DNA from: Octopus bimaculoides
Taxonomy: Eukaryota
Direction: 5' to 3'
Length of the DNA: 64,000 nt
NCBI RefSeq assembly: GCF_001194135.2
Contig: NC_068982.1
Location: 180,472,774-180,536,773 of the forward strand
The position numbers were made by a program, and so were the translations under genes. Position 1 is the first letter of the stretch; each line of letters begins with the position of its first letter. This document shows positions 14,238-26,346 of this stretch, piece after piece. The notes under the pieces were generated by a model. It worked only from the letters and a program-made list of their open reading frames with translations, had not been told where the DNA came from and searched no databases.

Positions 14238-14522
14238 TACGACATCTTCGACACCGCTCTTTTGTAAATTTGTTAATAAATGAAATATGTTCTTGTAAGT
14301 GCCTAATTTAGCACAATAGAATTGTAGTTCCAAATACAATGTATGGAGTGTTGATTGTGGCTAACTCCGTAGGCCAAGAAGACGGCTTTAATTACATATT
14401 CTCATATACACGTACACACATACACGTACAGATACATACATACACATATGCACACATGCATACACACGCACACACACACGCACACACACACGCAGTGATA
14501 CACACACACAAACACACACACA

Positions 14523-14593
<71 letters not shown>

Positions 14594-15318
14594 GTATGTA
14601 TAAACATGTGTGCACGTCGCTTTATACATTGCTTAAGTTTGCACAGTTTCACTTGGGGACGGTTTGATGAAGGTGGAGCGATGACATCAATCATTGGACA
14701 GAAAGAATACTGGCGCTGTGTAAAATAGCAGTACAAAACCTCTGGGTGTAGCAGGAAGTGGGGGTTATGCTTGACCCCGCCTCTGCATCTTAGCAATTAA
14801 AACGTTCTGTTCTATTCAGCTACATAATTTCGGAATTCATGATGTGTTTTCAAAGTGAGGAAAGATTTCTCTGGATATGTAAATTACAAAATGAAATCGA
14901 CCTCAAAATAGTAAGAGAACACGGTGGATGGGGAGACACTGAAGAGGTCACAGAATGTGCGAAGAAAAATTTCAGACAAAATACACTCAAGTAAGAACAG
15001 TAATAAATTTTAAGTGAATGGCTAATATATTGTGCGAGTGTTTATTGGGGCGGGGTTAGGGGAGGAATGACCATCCTAAAATTTATAAATAAAATAGAAA
15101 ATGTGGAACAGAAATTTCGAAAGAATTTCATAAAAATTATGACAGAAATTTAGAAGGTAGAGCTAGCATAATCGTTTTAAGGGATTAAAAAGGAAATAAA
15201 AAAAGAACAACATCGTTCATACGTAGTAGCAATATAGAAACAATGGCAAAAGCTATATTGTTTTTGTTTGGAAGATAAACCCCAACATTAAAATGGTACT
15301 CATACACACACACACACA

Positions 15319-15378
<60 letters not shown>

Positions 15379-15410
15379 NNNNNNNNNNNNNNNNNNNNNN
15401 NNNNNNNNNN

Positions 15411-15500
15411 TATATACGACGGGCTTCTTTCAGTTTCCGTCTACCAAATCCACTCACAAGGCTTTGGTCGACACGGAGCTATAGTAGAAGACACTTGCCC
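15411..15500 (-). mobile_element. SINE family B 5' segment running into (TA)/(TG)n
   Basis: RC matches head of the complete copy at 60620 (CAAAGCCTTGTGAGTGGATTTGGTAGACGGAAACTGAAAGAAGCCCGTCG). Confidence 0.85.
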
Positions 15501-15505
15501 AATAA

Positions 15506-15562
<57 letters not shown>

Positions 15563-15563
15563 C

Positions 15564-15595
<32 letters not shown>

Positions 15596-16672
15596 ATCTA
15601 TCTATATATATATATACTTTCATGTACACGCATTTATATTCCCTGTTTCAACGAACACTCGTTTAAATTTTGTGTCTTTTATCTTAGTAATACGACTAAA
15701 AACTTATTTTTCTCATTGTACACGATTTCAATTTGTGCGGTGTCCCACGAAAGCAGTCTACTGTGGAAACGAGGGAAAACTGCATATGTTTCAACTCTCT
15801 TCGTAATGAGTACATATCGCATCGATTTCAACATTTTCTGCCATCCTTTCTGCGGAAAGTAAAGTTCAGATCAGTGGGTTGATAAGATCATTAAAGGCTT
15901 AAGGTATATGTGTATTTCAAATATATACACTCTAGGTTGAAAGCCATGAAAATGAACTTTAACATTTGTGTAAGGATTTAAGAAGAAAAGAATACCTGCG
16001 GCAATGGAAATTATATCAATGAAACAATAACATCTTTGGTTCAATTGGTAGATCGATTACCACCACTCAAACATACAAGCACACACATATACATGTGCAT
16101 GCATATATTTGTGCAGAGATATACACATTCACATATATGTGTATGTAAGTGTGTGCATACACACATACTTTACTCTGCAATGAAGAGCTATTGCGGTTCT
16201 TGATTTCTCACCTAGGAGACTGGAGTTTGATCAGTTTACTTTCGATTTCTCGTTAATGACCTATTTTTACCTTCTTCTTCGAACTGATCGATAAATTCCT
16301 TCAGAAATGGGCTCTAACAACAATATTTCACCACTGATTTGCGCAATTGGGGTGCTTGTGAACATACTAAATATAGCAGTGAAATCTCCCTCACGTTACT
16401 GCTTTAGAGATATGATACAGTAGTGTAGGGTAGAATATACCTAAAATAATACAAAAACAGACACAAAAAATACTCTCACACACACATACACCTCCCACAT
16501 ATATATACGCACTCACATATGTACATGCATATATACATTCATTGGCATACGCACGCGTACAGTGAGAGCCTGAATAACATCTACTTTATATATAACTGTA
16601 AAACCGTTTAGACGTGTAGGAAGTAGAGGGAATAGGAGAGAAAGATTGAAAGGTGAAGGAGAGGAACGAAAG

Positions 16673-16758
<86 letters not shown>

Positions 16759-19700
16759 ACTGTATACATGTGCAGTGTTTTTTGCCTTTGTTTTTGTTTA
16801 TGAGCTTGCTTAAAGAGCAGGACTGCAATATATTATGTAATAAGTATGCTAAAGTGAGACAAACTTTGAAATATGCCATATTTAGTGCAACATTGCAAGT
16901 TATAATGCCTTGAATAGCAAATATATTTTGTGTTGAGAGTTATTAGTTTTGATAAAATCATGTGGACAAGTGTTTCAACATTGAATGGCTATCTCTAATG
17001 TCTAACTTATATCTGCATTATCAACAATATAATTGTTATTGTCTCTTTCATATATCACCAATGCTTTGTAGTGATAATAATAATTTCATACAGGAAAATA
17101 TGAACTCAGAGAAGAAATGTTGTCGATTTAATAAAGTGCTGTTTATAACAGGTGTTTATTTTTTCATTGATCTCAGAAAATGTAACTTCGAAGAAATATG
17201 TGGAAGGAAAATGAATGAAATGCAACGTAGAATTCGACACTTTACTGTCTCTACTACATCACAGTTATTCCATTGCTATTAATTTATAGCAAAATTGGCA
17301 AAGTATTGGGAAAATTGATTTAACTTCCAATGCAACTGTGTTTCCCACGTTGAACTACCTTGCACAGAATTTAAATAGCTAAACCTATCTTATCCGAGGG
17401 GCACTGTACTTACAGCTAAGTTCTTCCCATAAGTTTCAAATCTAAAGTCAATTCGAATAGACGCTTGCCGGCCATTTCAACTAAACGAATACGAATTGTA
17501 ACATTGAGATTCGGTTGCGACAACCAAAACTTGCTTCCAGCAGCAGCAGCGGCAGTAACATTCGTAGGAGTAGTAGCAATTGTCGCAACAACAACAATAA
17601 CAAAATCAACATTAGCAGCAATAACAGCAAAATAATAACATATAGGAATAATCATAGCAACATGAATAATCATAGCAACAAAAGTAGCATTTCTAGGACA
17701 ACCCACATCTACAAGAGTAACGGCAACGATCACTTCTTCAGGCGAAACCAAAACAACAGAACCAACTTTTACTGAGATACTTCAACAACACGCATTTAGG
17801 TGCCGGCAACAACTAAACAACCTCTACTGATGCAACTGTAGTAACGACAACAATAACAACAAGAACAACAACAACAACAACAACAACAATAACAACAAAT
17901 AATTGCTACATATGTGTTGATAAAATCATTTGAATCCATCACGCCAGCAATATAAATCAAATCTTAAGTATCCAACTTTACAAAATACTTTTCCTTGTAT
18001 CGAATTCACCTTCCACTTATGGTACAAATCATTATTAGTAATAAAATGTTGATTATATTTTGCATAGGAATTAATAAATATGGTACAAAATATATGGTTG
18101 GACACTTTTCCCTGGAACAAGTGTAAAAATAGAAATTCCATCACGACTGAGTAGAGTATCATAAGCTTAGTATTAATAATCGATATTTTTACACCTGTTC
18201 ATTATAGAAATTCTTTAAAAGCCGTCACTAATCGCAGACATATTTTTCACATATATTTACCGTTTGGACAATTATTACATAAGACTAGCATGTTAACATG
18301 CTAAATGTATTTAAATATAAATTTGTCATGGGCAGATCAAAAATCATTGAGAACAATCGTAAATAAAACATTTTCTCGTTTTCACTAAATACCACAAATA
18401 CTCAGATGAGACCATTATCACGTATCTAAATTACTTCCTTGTCCTTTCCGAGCAACCCCGACATTTAAAATGTATTGTAGGACAAAGTGAGTGTTTGCAC
18501 AAATTACACTTTCAAATTGATTTATAAGTCCTAGAGAAAAGGGTTAATCCAGTATACATCAAATTACACAGCGGCCAATGCCTGGTCAACACAAAGTGTA
18601 AAAGTTTGGAATGAAACACCATTTCTACAATTCTATTGGAATTAACTATTGAAGAAAATGGTGTCTCTGAAATGACCCCTTCAGGATTCAGCAATATATG
18701 GAAATGCCTCATTCACAATGTGAGATGACAATGTGTTCTGGGGGCACGAAGGAGCAGGTAATTGCAGAATTAATGAAGATGTGTTTGGGCAAAATCAGCC
18801 AAGAGATTACACATTACTAAAGAATGTTGAAACCACCTCAAAGATACAATTTCTGTCCGTGTGTCACAGGTCATTAAATGTCATTCATTTAGAATTGACC
18901 TTAAGCAGAGCAACTACCACTAAATGAATATTGATTATGGGTTGGTTTCTCCACTCTCCCGTTTAAATTACTCATTTGTCACGCATAAGCACAAATTCCA
19001 AATTGCTACAGTATCCTCAGAAATCAACGGATTAGTATCACGGAACCAATTAAAGACAATGTTATAGAATAAGCCTTGGTAGGTAAAATGATATACTGGC
19101 GTTTCAAAGCATGATTAAAAGTTGTACTAGGTCATATTCTTTGTTTACGACGATCAGAATGAATTTACAGCTGAGAACGCTGAACAGAACGCAACATAAT
19201 GGCACATAGCTCGCAGCTCAGATTATCACACGTGCAATAAATTCCAGGCAAGAGTGTTTTGAACCCATCTTAATGACACTTGCTGGTTGTCAGAATGTAC
19301 AATTACTCCTGTAGGCGGAGTAACACTGAAAAATGTTAGAATTATGTGTAACTTGGGAGGTTTGTTTATATAAAATCAAACAGGTGATAACAATCTTTCT
19401 CTTTTTCATTTTTTCTTTGTTTCTTTCTGTAATCATGCACACACAAACACACACGTAGAATCACATACATACACTCAGAAGCACTCACATACAAACACTC
19501 ATGCATACAGCTATACTGAAATCACTCATCGGAACATAATTGCAAGAAAACTTTAATAACTTTCAATACAGAAAACATTTCAGTCTTCAACAAACATTTT
19601 TCCTACCTTAATATTATTTTTACAACCAACAACAACAACAGCAACAACCAAGATGCTGATAAACTGTAAGGACAAATTTGGAAAAAGTATAACATACGAC

Positions 19701-20667
19701 AACAATACAAACGACAAGAAAAACAAGTGATATATTGTATTGAATACAACAATAACAACGACAACGACGATAACAACAGTAACCGTCAGAAGAAAAATTG
19801 AAGTAAAACTAAACACTACAAACGAAAGTTCCATTCAACAAGTTCTACTGGTGCTTAGAGTTAAACTAACTGCAAGAAACACAACTTGCTGCTGTCTACA
19901 TTTAATTTTCCATACTTTTGCATTCTGGCATCTTTCAAGGAACATTGCGTTCGCTTATGTATTTATTATTATTTTTTTTCTGTTTTTCATATGTGTGTTT
20001 CTCTATATTTATAGTGTGCGTATGTGGTTGCATCATGATTATTTCTGTGAAGTTGCTCATGTGTATGTATGCGCATGTTTCTCTGTGCATTCAAGCAATT
20101 GTTCAGTCAGGTGTATATCTGTTTATCTTTGTTTTATTGCTAATTCCTTTGTTTTCGTTCTTTCTTTTGTTAACTTCATGCTGTCTTTAACCTACAAAGA
20201 CACACAGACATACACACACATTCACACAGACAGACAGACATATACTGACACACACATAGACAGACGCATACGCACACACAGAGGCACATACACACAGAAA
20301 CACAGACAGACGGACACACACATACAGAGATACACACACACACACACACACAGGCACACAGGCACACACAGACACTAACGCAGACAAACATAAAGGCATA
20401 AACATACGTATGTCTGTATACCTGTCTTAATAAGATGTACAGTTCTTGTTTTACTGTTGCAGTAAATGTGTGGGAAAATATGTGTGCAAGAATATATGTA
20501 TAGAATTGTTAATATAGTTAATACGCAGGTACCTTAGTGTGTGTATGTGTGAGTTTGTGTGCGTGTGTGTGTGTATTTTTGTTTCTTGTCTGGGTTCAAC
20601 AGTCAGTTAACGTGATCATGTGTTTATATTTTTCTAGAAATATATGCAAATGTCCATGTGGTGAACC

Positions 20668-20749
20668 ATGAAGCGTAGGAGGGGATTTCTTAGTGAACTA
20701 CGTCTGCGGCTTCTTTTAGCTATTTCTTGTACGCTTCTAATGTCGTTGG
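20668..20749 (+). CDS. Candidate first coding exon of an unidentified secreted or membrane protein (MKRRRGFLSELRLRLLLAISCTLLMSL-G)
   Basis: Acceptor TTTTTCTAG| at 20637, Kozak ACCATG at 20668, basic n-region plus hydrophobic h-region, phase-1 donor G|GTGAGA at 20749/20750; too short for the ORF track. Confidence 0.5.
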
Positions 20750-20962
20750 GTGAGATGAATCTTTTAACTAATATACACTGACTCCCTGGCGATAAGGAAT
20801 TGATATTTCTGAATGTCAAAGAGGGCATGAAATGTGCAATTAGTTAGCTACATAGGTAGGTTCATAAACATACTCCTGTATAAATGTGGCTGGGATTCTC
20901 TCTATAGTTATGAGTCTATACAATATGTAGAAATCCATAGAAAGTCTTCCTAATTGAATAGT

Positions 20963-21018
<56 letters not shown>

Positions 21019-21055
21019 TATTATTATTATTATTATTAGTAGTAGTAGTAGTATT

Positions 21056-21315
21056 GAAGCGGCGAGCTGGCAAGACCGCTAGTACGCCGGACAATATTCG
21101 TAGCAGCATTTCATCCGTGTTTATGTTCTGAGTTAAAGTTTTTTGTTGAAGGGCGAAATAGTTAGTCGTATTTCCTCTGACTTCACGCTTTGAGTTCAAA
21201 TTCCCTCGAGTGCCTTTCATCCTTTCGGAGTCGAAAAATTAAGTACCAGTGAAACACTGCGGTCGACGTAATTGACTAGTCTCAAATGTCAGGCCTTGTG
21301 CTTTTAGTAGAAAGG
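21056..21315 (+). mobile_element. SINE family A (tRNA-derived, Meta-domain-like), copy 1 of a cluster of four
   Basis: GGCGAGCTGGCA..., TTCTGAGTTCAAATTCC, GCCTTTCATCCTTTCGGAGTCGAAAAATTAAGTACCAG, ends AGTAGAAAGG+(ACT)n; domain assignment from memory. Confidence 0.9.
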
Positions 21316-21375
<60 letters not shown>

Positions 21376-21380
21376 GTTAT

Positions 21381-21566
21381 TGTGGTGAGCTGGCAGAATC
21401 GCTACAACGTCGGGCGAAATGCTTAGCCGTATTTTGGCCGTCGCTACGTTCTGAGTTCAAATTCAGCTTTCGGGGGTCAATGAAATAAGTACCAATTGAG
21501 TACTGGGGTCGATGTAATCGACTACCCCTCCCCAAAATTTCAGCCCTTGTGCCTATAGTAGAAAGG
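21381..21566 (+). mobile_element. SINE family A copy
   Basis: Same head and CCTTGTGCCTATAGTAGAAAGG end; starts in the (CTA)n tail of the previous copy. Confidence 0.9.
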
Positions 21567-21587
21567 ACTATTATCATTATTGTTATT

Positions 21588-21695
21588 GAGGCGAGCTGGC
21601 AGAATCGTTAGTACGCCTGGGAAATGCTTAGCCTGTTACTGAAATCTGAGTTCAAATTTTGGGGTAGATAAATTAAGTACCAATTAAGTACCAGC
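21588..21695 (+). mobile_element. SINE family A copy, internally deleted and 3' truncated
   Basis: GAGGCGAGCTGGCAGAATCGTTAG...TAGATAAATTAAGTACC. Confidence 0.85.
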
Positions 21696-21844
21696 TTGTG
21701 CTCATACCACGTCTTGCTTCTCTCTATCCCCCACTTTTCGTACAGTTTACAATGTAGCTCTTCCGCTACCTGATCGTGTCGCCACAACTTGTACTGGTTT
21801 TGGGCATGTGTAGGGCATTCGTTCGTGATATGGGCAATAGTCTC

Positions 21845-21901
<57 letters not shown>

Positions 21902-21907
21902 TATTAC

Positions 21908-21950
<43 letters not shown>

Positions 21951-21951
21951 T

Positions 21952-22166
21952 TAAGGAGGGTGAGCTGGCAGAACCGTTAGCACACCGGATAAAATACTTA
22001 GCGGCATTTCGTCCATCTTCACTTTCTGAGTTCAAATTCCACCGAGGTCGACTACGACCTTCATTCTTTTAGGGTCAATAAACTAAATGCCAGCGAAACA
22101 ATGGTGTCGATGTAATCGACAAGTCCTCTTCCACAACATTTCACGACCTGTGCCTATAGTAGAAAG
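21952..22166 (+). mobile_element. SINE family A copy
   Basis: Full head-to-tail match; preceded by (TTA)n, followed by (TTG)n(TTC)n. Confidence 0.9.
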
Positions 22167-22209
22167 ACTTGTTGTTGTTGTTGTTGTTGTTCTTCTTCTT
22201 CTTCTTCTT

Positions 22210-22788
22210 AACAATTATAAATAAGGGCAAAAGAAAAAATATTTTCTATGCCAAAATGCTGAAAAATAGAATTGAGATCGTCTAACCACAGACAATATTT
22301 CTCACTATAAATACACTGCGTGTTGAAACGAGGAAATCAAGTAAACGGAAATTTTAAAAAACTCGTTATACCAGAATCTGACCAATTTCTGGATTAATCC
22401 AAAAGGATTCTTCCTTCAAGAGCGAGAAACACGATAAGAATAAATGGAATACTTATAATAGCAAGCTTCACCTTGCTACAGAATTTCTGTTTAGATATAT
22501 TTGAGGTACTTAAATGTACTCATGACTTTCGATCAGCTTTTTCCGTGGGTATATATAAGTATTCTATTTATCCTTATCGTGTTTCTCGCTGACGAAGGAA
22601 GAATCCCTTTTGATTAATACAGAAATCTGTCCGATTCGGGAATAACGAATTAAAAAAATTATGTTAGCTTGCTTTACACGGTGTGTATTTATAATATAAA
22701 ATATTGTATGTGGTTCGACGATCGAAAGTCTATTTTTCAGCATATTGGCGTAGAATTTTTTTTTCTTTTGCCCTTATTTATAATTGTT
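22210..22788. repeat. Long inverted repeat (arms ~22210-22457 and ~22554-22788, ~96-bp spacer), probably an inverted pair of Penelope-type pLTR segments
   Basis: Arms align as reverse complements over ~240 bp, both ending outward in TGCCCTTATTTATAATTGTT. Confidence 0.9.
22575..22648 (+). ncRNA. Type-I hammerhead-ribozyme-like motif, degenerate; mirrored at 22363-22436 on minus
   Basis: Stem I 5' - CTGACGA (22589-95) - stem II - GAAA (22622-25) - stem III TC/GA - TT - stem I 3'; stem I has 6 bp + 2x2 loop + 4 bp. Confidence 0.5.
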
Positions 22789-23569
22789 TATAATTTTCAC
22801 CTTTAAAGGTATTTCAATATGCTGGTCATTGATGAAATTTTTTTTGAAAAATTTTACTCTTATATTAGAAGTAAATATCATTATTATTATTATTAACATG
22901 AACGGTATACATAAATACGTTACATTAACATTCAAAAGACGATTAAAAACACTAATATAAACTGTAAGAGAATTAGAGAAAACACAGAGTTCTAAATATT
23001 TAGAACAAAATTAACACAAAAGAATACCACGCACAAATGCATACACATGCTAAAGAAAACTTTAGGGAGGAATATTAAAAATGCATTAGACTATACTTAA
23101 AACAAGGCTAAAAACAAAAAGAAAGGTTATAGATATGAATATATTAGTTGTTCCAGTAATAAGTTATAGTTATAATCTAAACATAACGCTTAATAAATGA
23201 GCATGTATAGACAGATAAAGAAGGAAAATAATGACCCACAATCCGACCTGGAAAGATAATATTTAGTAAAGATTAAACTTCCATTCAACAAGAAATATAT
23301 AAATATACTATAAAATATACTCTGAATGACTGCAAATATTTTCACTAAAGACTAAAGAGAAACTAATTTTTTTATATCTAAAACGCATGAACTAAACAAA
23401 TAATTGGTTTCTGTCGTCAAGAAGAAACAGCTGTGAAAGGTTAAAGGAACAGCGACAAAAATTTGTTTTATATATTACTTGTTGCGTAGTAATACACCGA
23501 ATTTATTGTAATTCAGACACACCTACGCAGAGAGGATGTACGTTTGTCTTTTGTAGGTTATATCGTTCT

Positions 23570-24000
23570 ATAAATCCTCTTTTTCTCGGAGCTAGGCCAA
23601 GCACAGACTAAGATCAGGTGTCTGGAATATGAAATGTTGTCAGGAGCTCTCAGACACCTAGCCTTTCAACCTTGTTATGTCAATCGTTAGTCGTGAATAT
23701 GAGAAATGACGTTTCAGAGAGATTCTGCCTGTCAAAGAAACACAAATTTGCTGTCTCTTCAGGAAGGGTGTCAGGTTCTGAACGTCTTCTAAAGTTACTC
23801 GGTTTAGGCGTGTCACAGACAGACGGGCATTGTCGGCGTAGAGTAATCTTTAGAGCTTCAAGAGTGAAATTAAGTGGTCCTATCTAAAATATACAGAATG
23901 ACGTAATTCGGCCTCACACTTTCATTGTCGGAACATTGTTGACCTGTGGAATTATGCTGAACAGTTGTGGTCGCTTGTAGAACAGATTCATCAATCACAA
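23570..24000 (+). mobile_element. Decayed CR1-like 3' remnant
   Basis: SERLLKLLGL and RNIVDLWN peptides resemble the CR1 ORF2 C-terminal ERLxxLxL and VVxLWN motifs. Confidence 0.4.
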
Positions 24001-24789
24001 AAATATGAACTCCACTTTTGTTTGAAAAAAAAAAAAGAAAGAAGTAGTTTGTATTCCTCAGCTACCCATAGTTTACTTTTCGGAAAAGTGAGCGAACCTG
24101 CCAGTATGGCCTGGCTGAATGGATGCACACTGAACTTGTGATCACGTAGCTGTAGGTTAGAACTGTAGAAGATGCTTTTCAAGTACTATTCGTGTTATAT
24201 GGTATCTGTTACGATCTCCAATTGGCGATGGGTTCTTGTTTGTTAATGGAAAATATATACTGTATACTTCATTTCAAATATTTTCTTTCATTCATTTCTA
24301 TAACATACCATGTGTGAAAAAACCTTGAGTTACCAACGTCTTACCGTATATCTTGTTTCACTCGATTTGCGTCACATACCGTGCAATAATATTCGATAAT
24401 TTCCTGAGGGCCATTTTCGACACGAAAATATAACTCGATAGTTTATGACACGTATGTCTTCAATGCCAAAATCATTAACAAAACCACCAACCGAGACAAT
24501 CTACCTACAACGATGTCACCCACAATGTAGACAAAGTGTATCCAGAATCTCACTATCAAATATGTTAGATGGGCCGATTTGAACGTATTTGACTGCTAGG
24601 ATGAGCAAAAGAAGTGACTACGTAAAGTTTCCGCAATATGAATTGAATAAGAGTCTATTGCAACGAGAGGTAGCAACTGTTTCACTCTGACTACTATCTG
24701 CCGTACTATTACATCATTTATGACAAATTCTTCAACAAGAAGTTATCTGTTGCATTCAATACAGGGTTAACTAATATGGAGATTATATA

Positions 24790-25350
24790 GGTACAGGCAC
24801 GGCTGTGTGGTAAGCTTGCCTCTCAACAACACGATTTCAGGTTCAGTCTGAATGCATGGTACCTCGAACAAGTGTCTTCTACTATATTCTCGGGCCGACC
24901 AAATTCTTATGAGTGGATTTGGTAGACGGAAACTGAGGGAAGACCGTCGTATATATTTCTGTGTGTATGTGTGTGTGCGCGCGCGCGTATGTGTGTGTAT
25001 TACGTCCATGCAACTTAACAATTCAGGAAAAGGTAACAAAAGAATAAGTACCAAGCTCAGAGAAAAATAAAAATATGGGGTCGATTCATTCGACTAAAAA
25101 TTCTTCAAGACGGTACCCCAACATGGCCGCAGTCTAATGATTGAAACAAGTAAAAGAAAAAAAAACACTGGGATTGATACGTTCGACTAAACATTTTTCA
25201 AGGCGGTGTTCCAGCATGGCCATATTCTAATAACTGAAACATGTAAAACGAGGGGGAAAAATGGAGTCGATTCATTCGACTAAAAAGCCGGTAGCCCCAG
25301 CATGGCCGCAGTCTAATGTATGAAACAAGTAAAAAGAAAAAAAGAAATGG
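24790..25350 (+). mobile_element. SINE family B copy followed by two extra tandem 3' end units
   Basis: Head GGCTGTGTGGTAAG, internal (TG)n, three successive GTCGATTCATTCGACTAAA...CATGGCC...GAAACAAGTAAAA units. Confidence 0.85.
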
Positions 25351-25625
25351 AAGAAAAGTATATAAGTATGTATAAATGTATACACACGCACACATACACA
25401 AGCACATGCACCCGTATCTGTATATACATATATCTGTATGCATGTGTGTGTGTGTGTCATTTGTGTGTATGTGTTTGTGTATGTGTGTGTGTCTAGGAAA
25501 ATATTTGACTTGAAGAATCAAACATTAGTGACGAATCGATACGAGTTAAAGATAACAGATGAGTGAGAAGTTATATTTTACAGATTTAATGTTTTCGAAA
25601 TGAAAATCGGCTTTCGCTATTTCAG

Positions 25626-25714
25626 GAGCAGCTTTGTGTTCTCGAGCAAAGCACTTTATCTCACGTTGCTCTGCGAACAATTCGACACCTGACAACGTTG
25701 ATTTGATGGAGGTA
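25626..25714 (+). CDS. Weak candidate exon 2 (G-AALCSRAKHFISRCSANNSTPDNVDLMEV)
   Basis: CTTTCGCTATTTCAG| acceptor, |GTGAGT donor; only the phase-1 frame is open, matching the 20749 donor; no recognisable domain. Confidence 0.22.
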
Positions 25715-25813
25715 GTGAGTAAATGTGCGGCACGAATATTCGAGCACTATTAACGAATCATTTGTGCGGGTCGTTCGGCAAAATCTGAACGCTCGATGGG
25801 AGAGTCCGTCACA

Positions 25814-25856
<43 letters not shown>

Positions 25857-26290
25857 GCACGCGCGCGCACACACACACAGACACACACACACACAAACAC
25901 ACACACACACGCACACGCACACGCACGCATGCACGCACACACACAGACACACACACACATACACACACAGACACACGGACACATTATTTTATAAACTTGA
26001 AGCTCATAAGCGATCACCGCGCAATGGCTAATGAAAATAATNNNNNNNNNNNNNNNNNNNNNNNNNNNNNNNNNNNNNNNNNNNNNNNNNNNNNNNNNNN
26101 NNNNNNNNNNNNNNNNNNNNNNNNNNNNNNNNNNNNNNNNNNNNNNNNNNNNNNNNNNNNNNNNNNNNNNNNNNNNNNNNNNNNNNNNNNNNNNNNNNNN
26201 NNNNNNNNNNNNNNNNNNNNNNNTGTGTGTGTGTCCCTACATATAAGGAGGTCGTATAAATTAGCTATGGATTATCTATCTGTCTATCTG

Positions 26291-26346
<56 letters not shown>

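Noticed and set aside
17416-17900. 111-aa hydrophobic and 86-aa Ser/Asn-rich ORFs; minus-strand GTAAGT donor near 17413
   Set aside because: Decayed (CAA/CAG/AAT)n tract; the implied 67-nt exon has stops in all frames
21056-22166. Regularly spaced repeats resembling a CRISPR-like array
   Set aside because: Units are ~200-bp diverged SINEs separated by microsatellites in eukaryotic DNA; no cas genes
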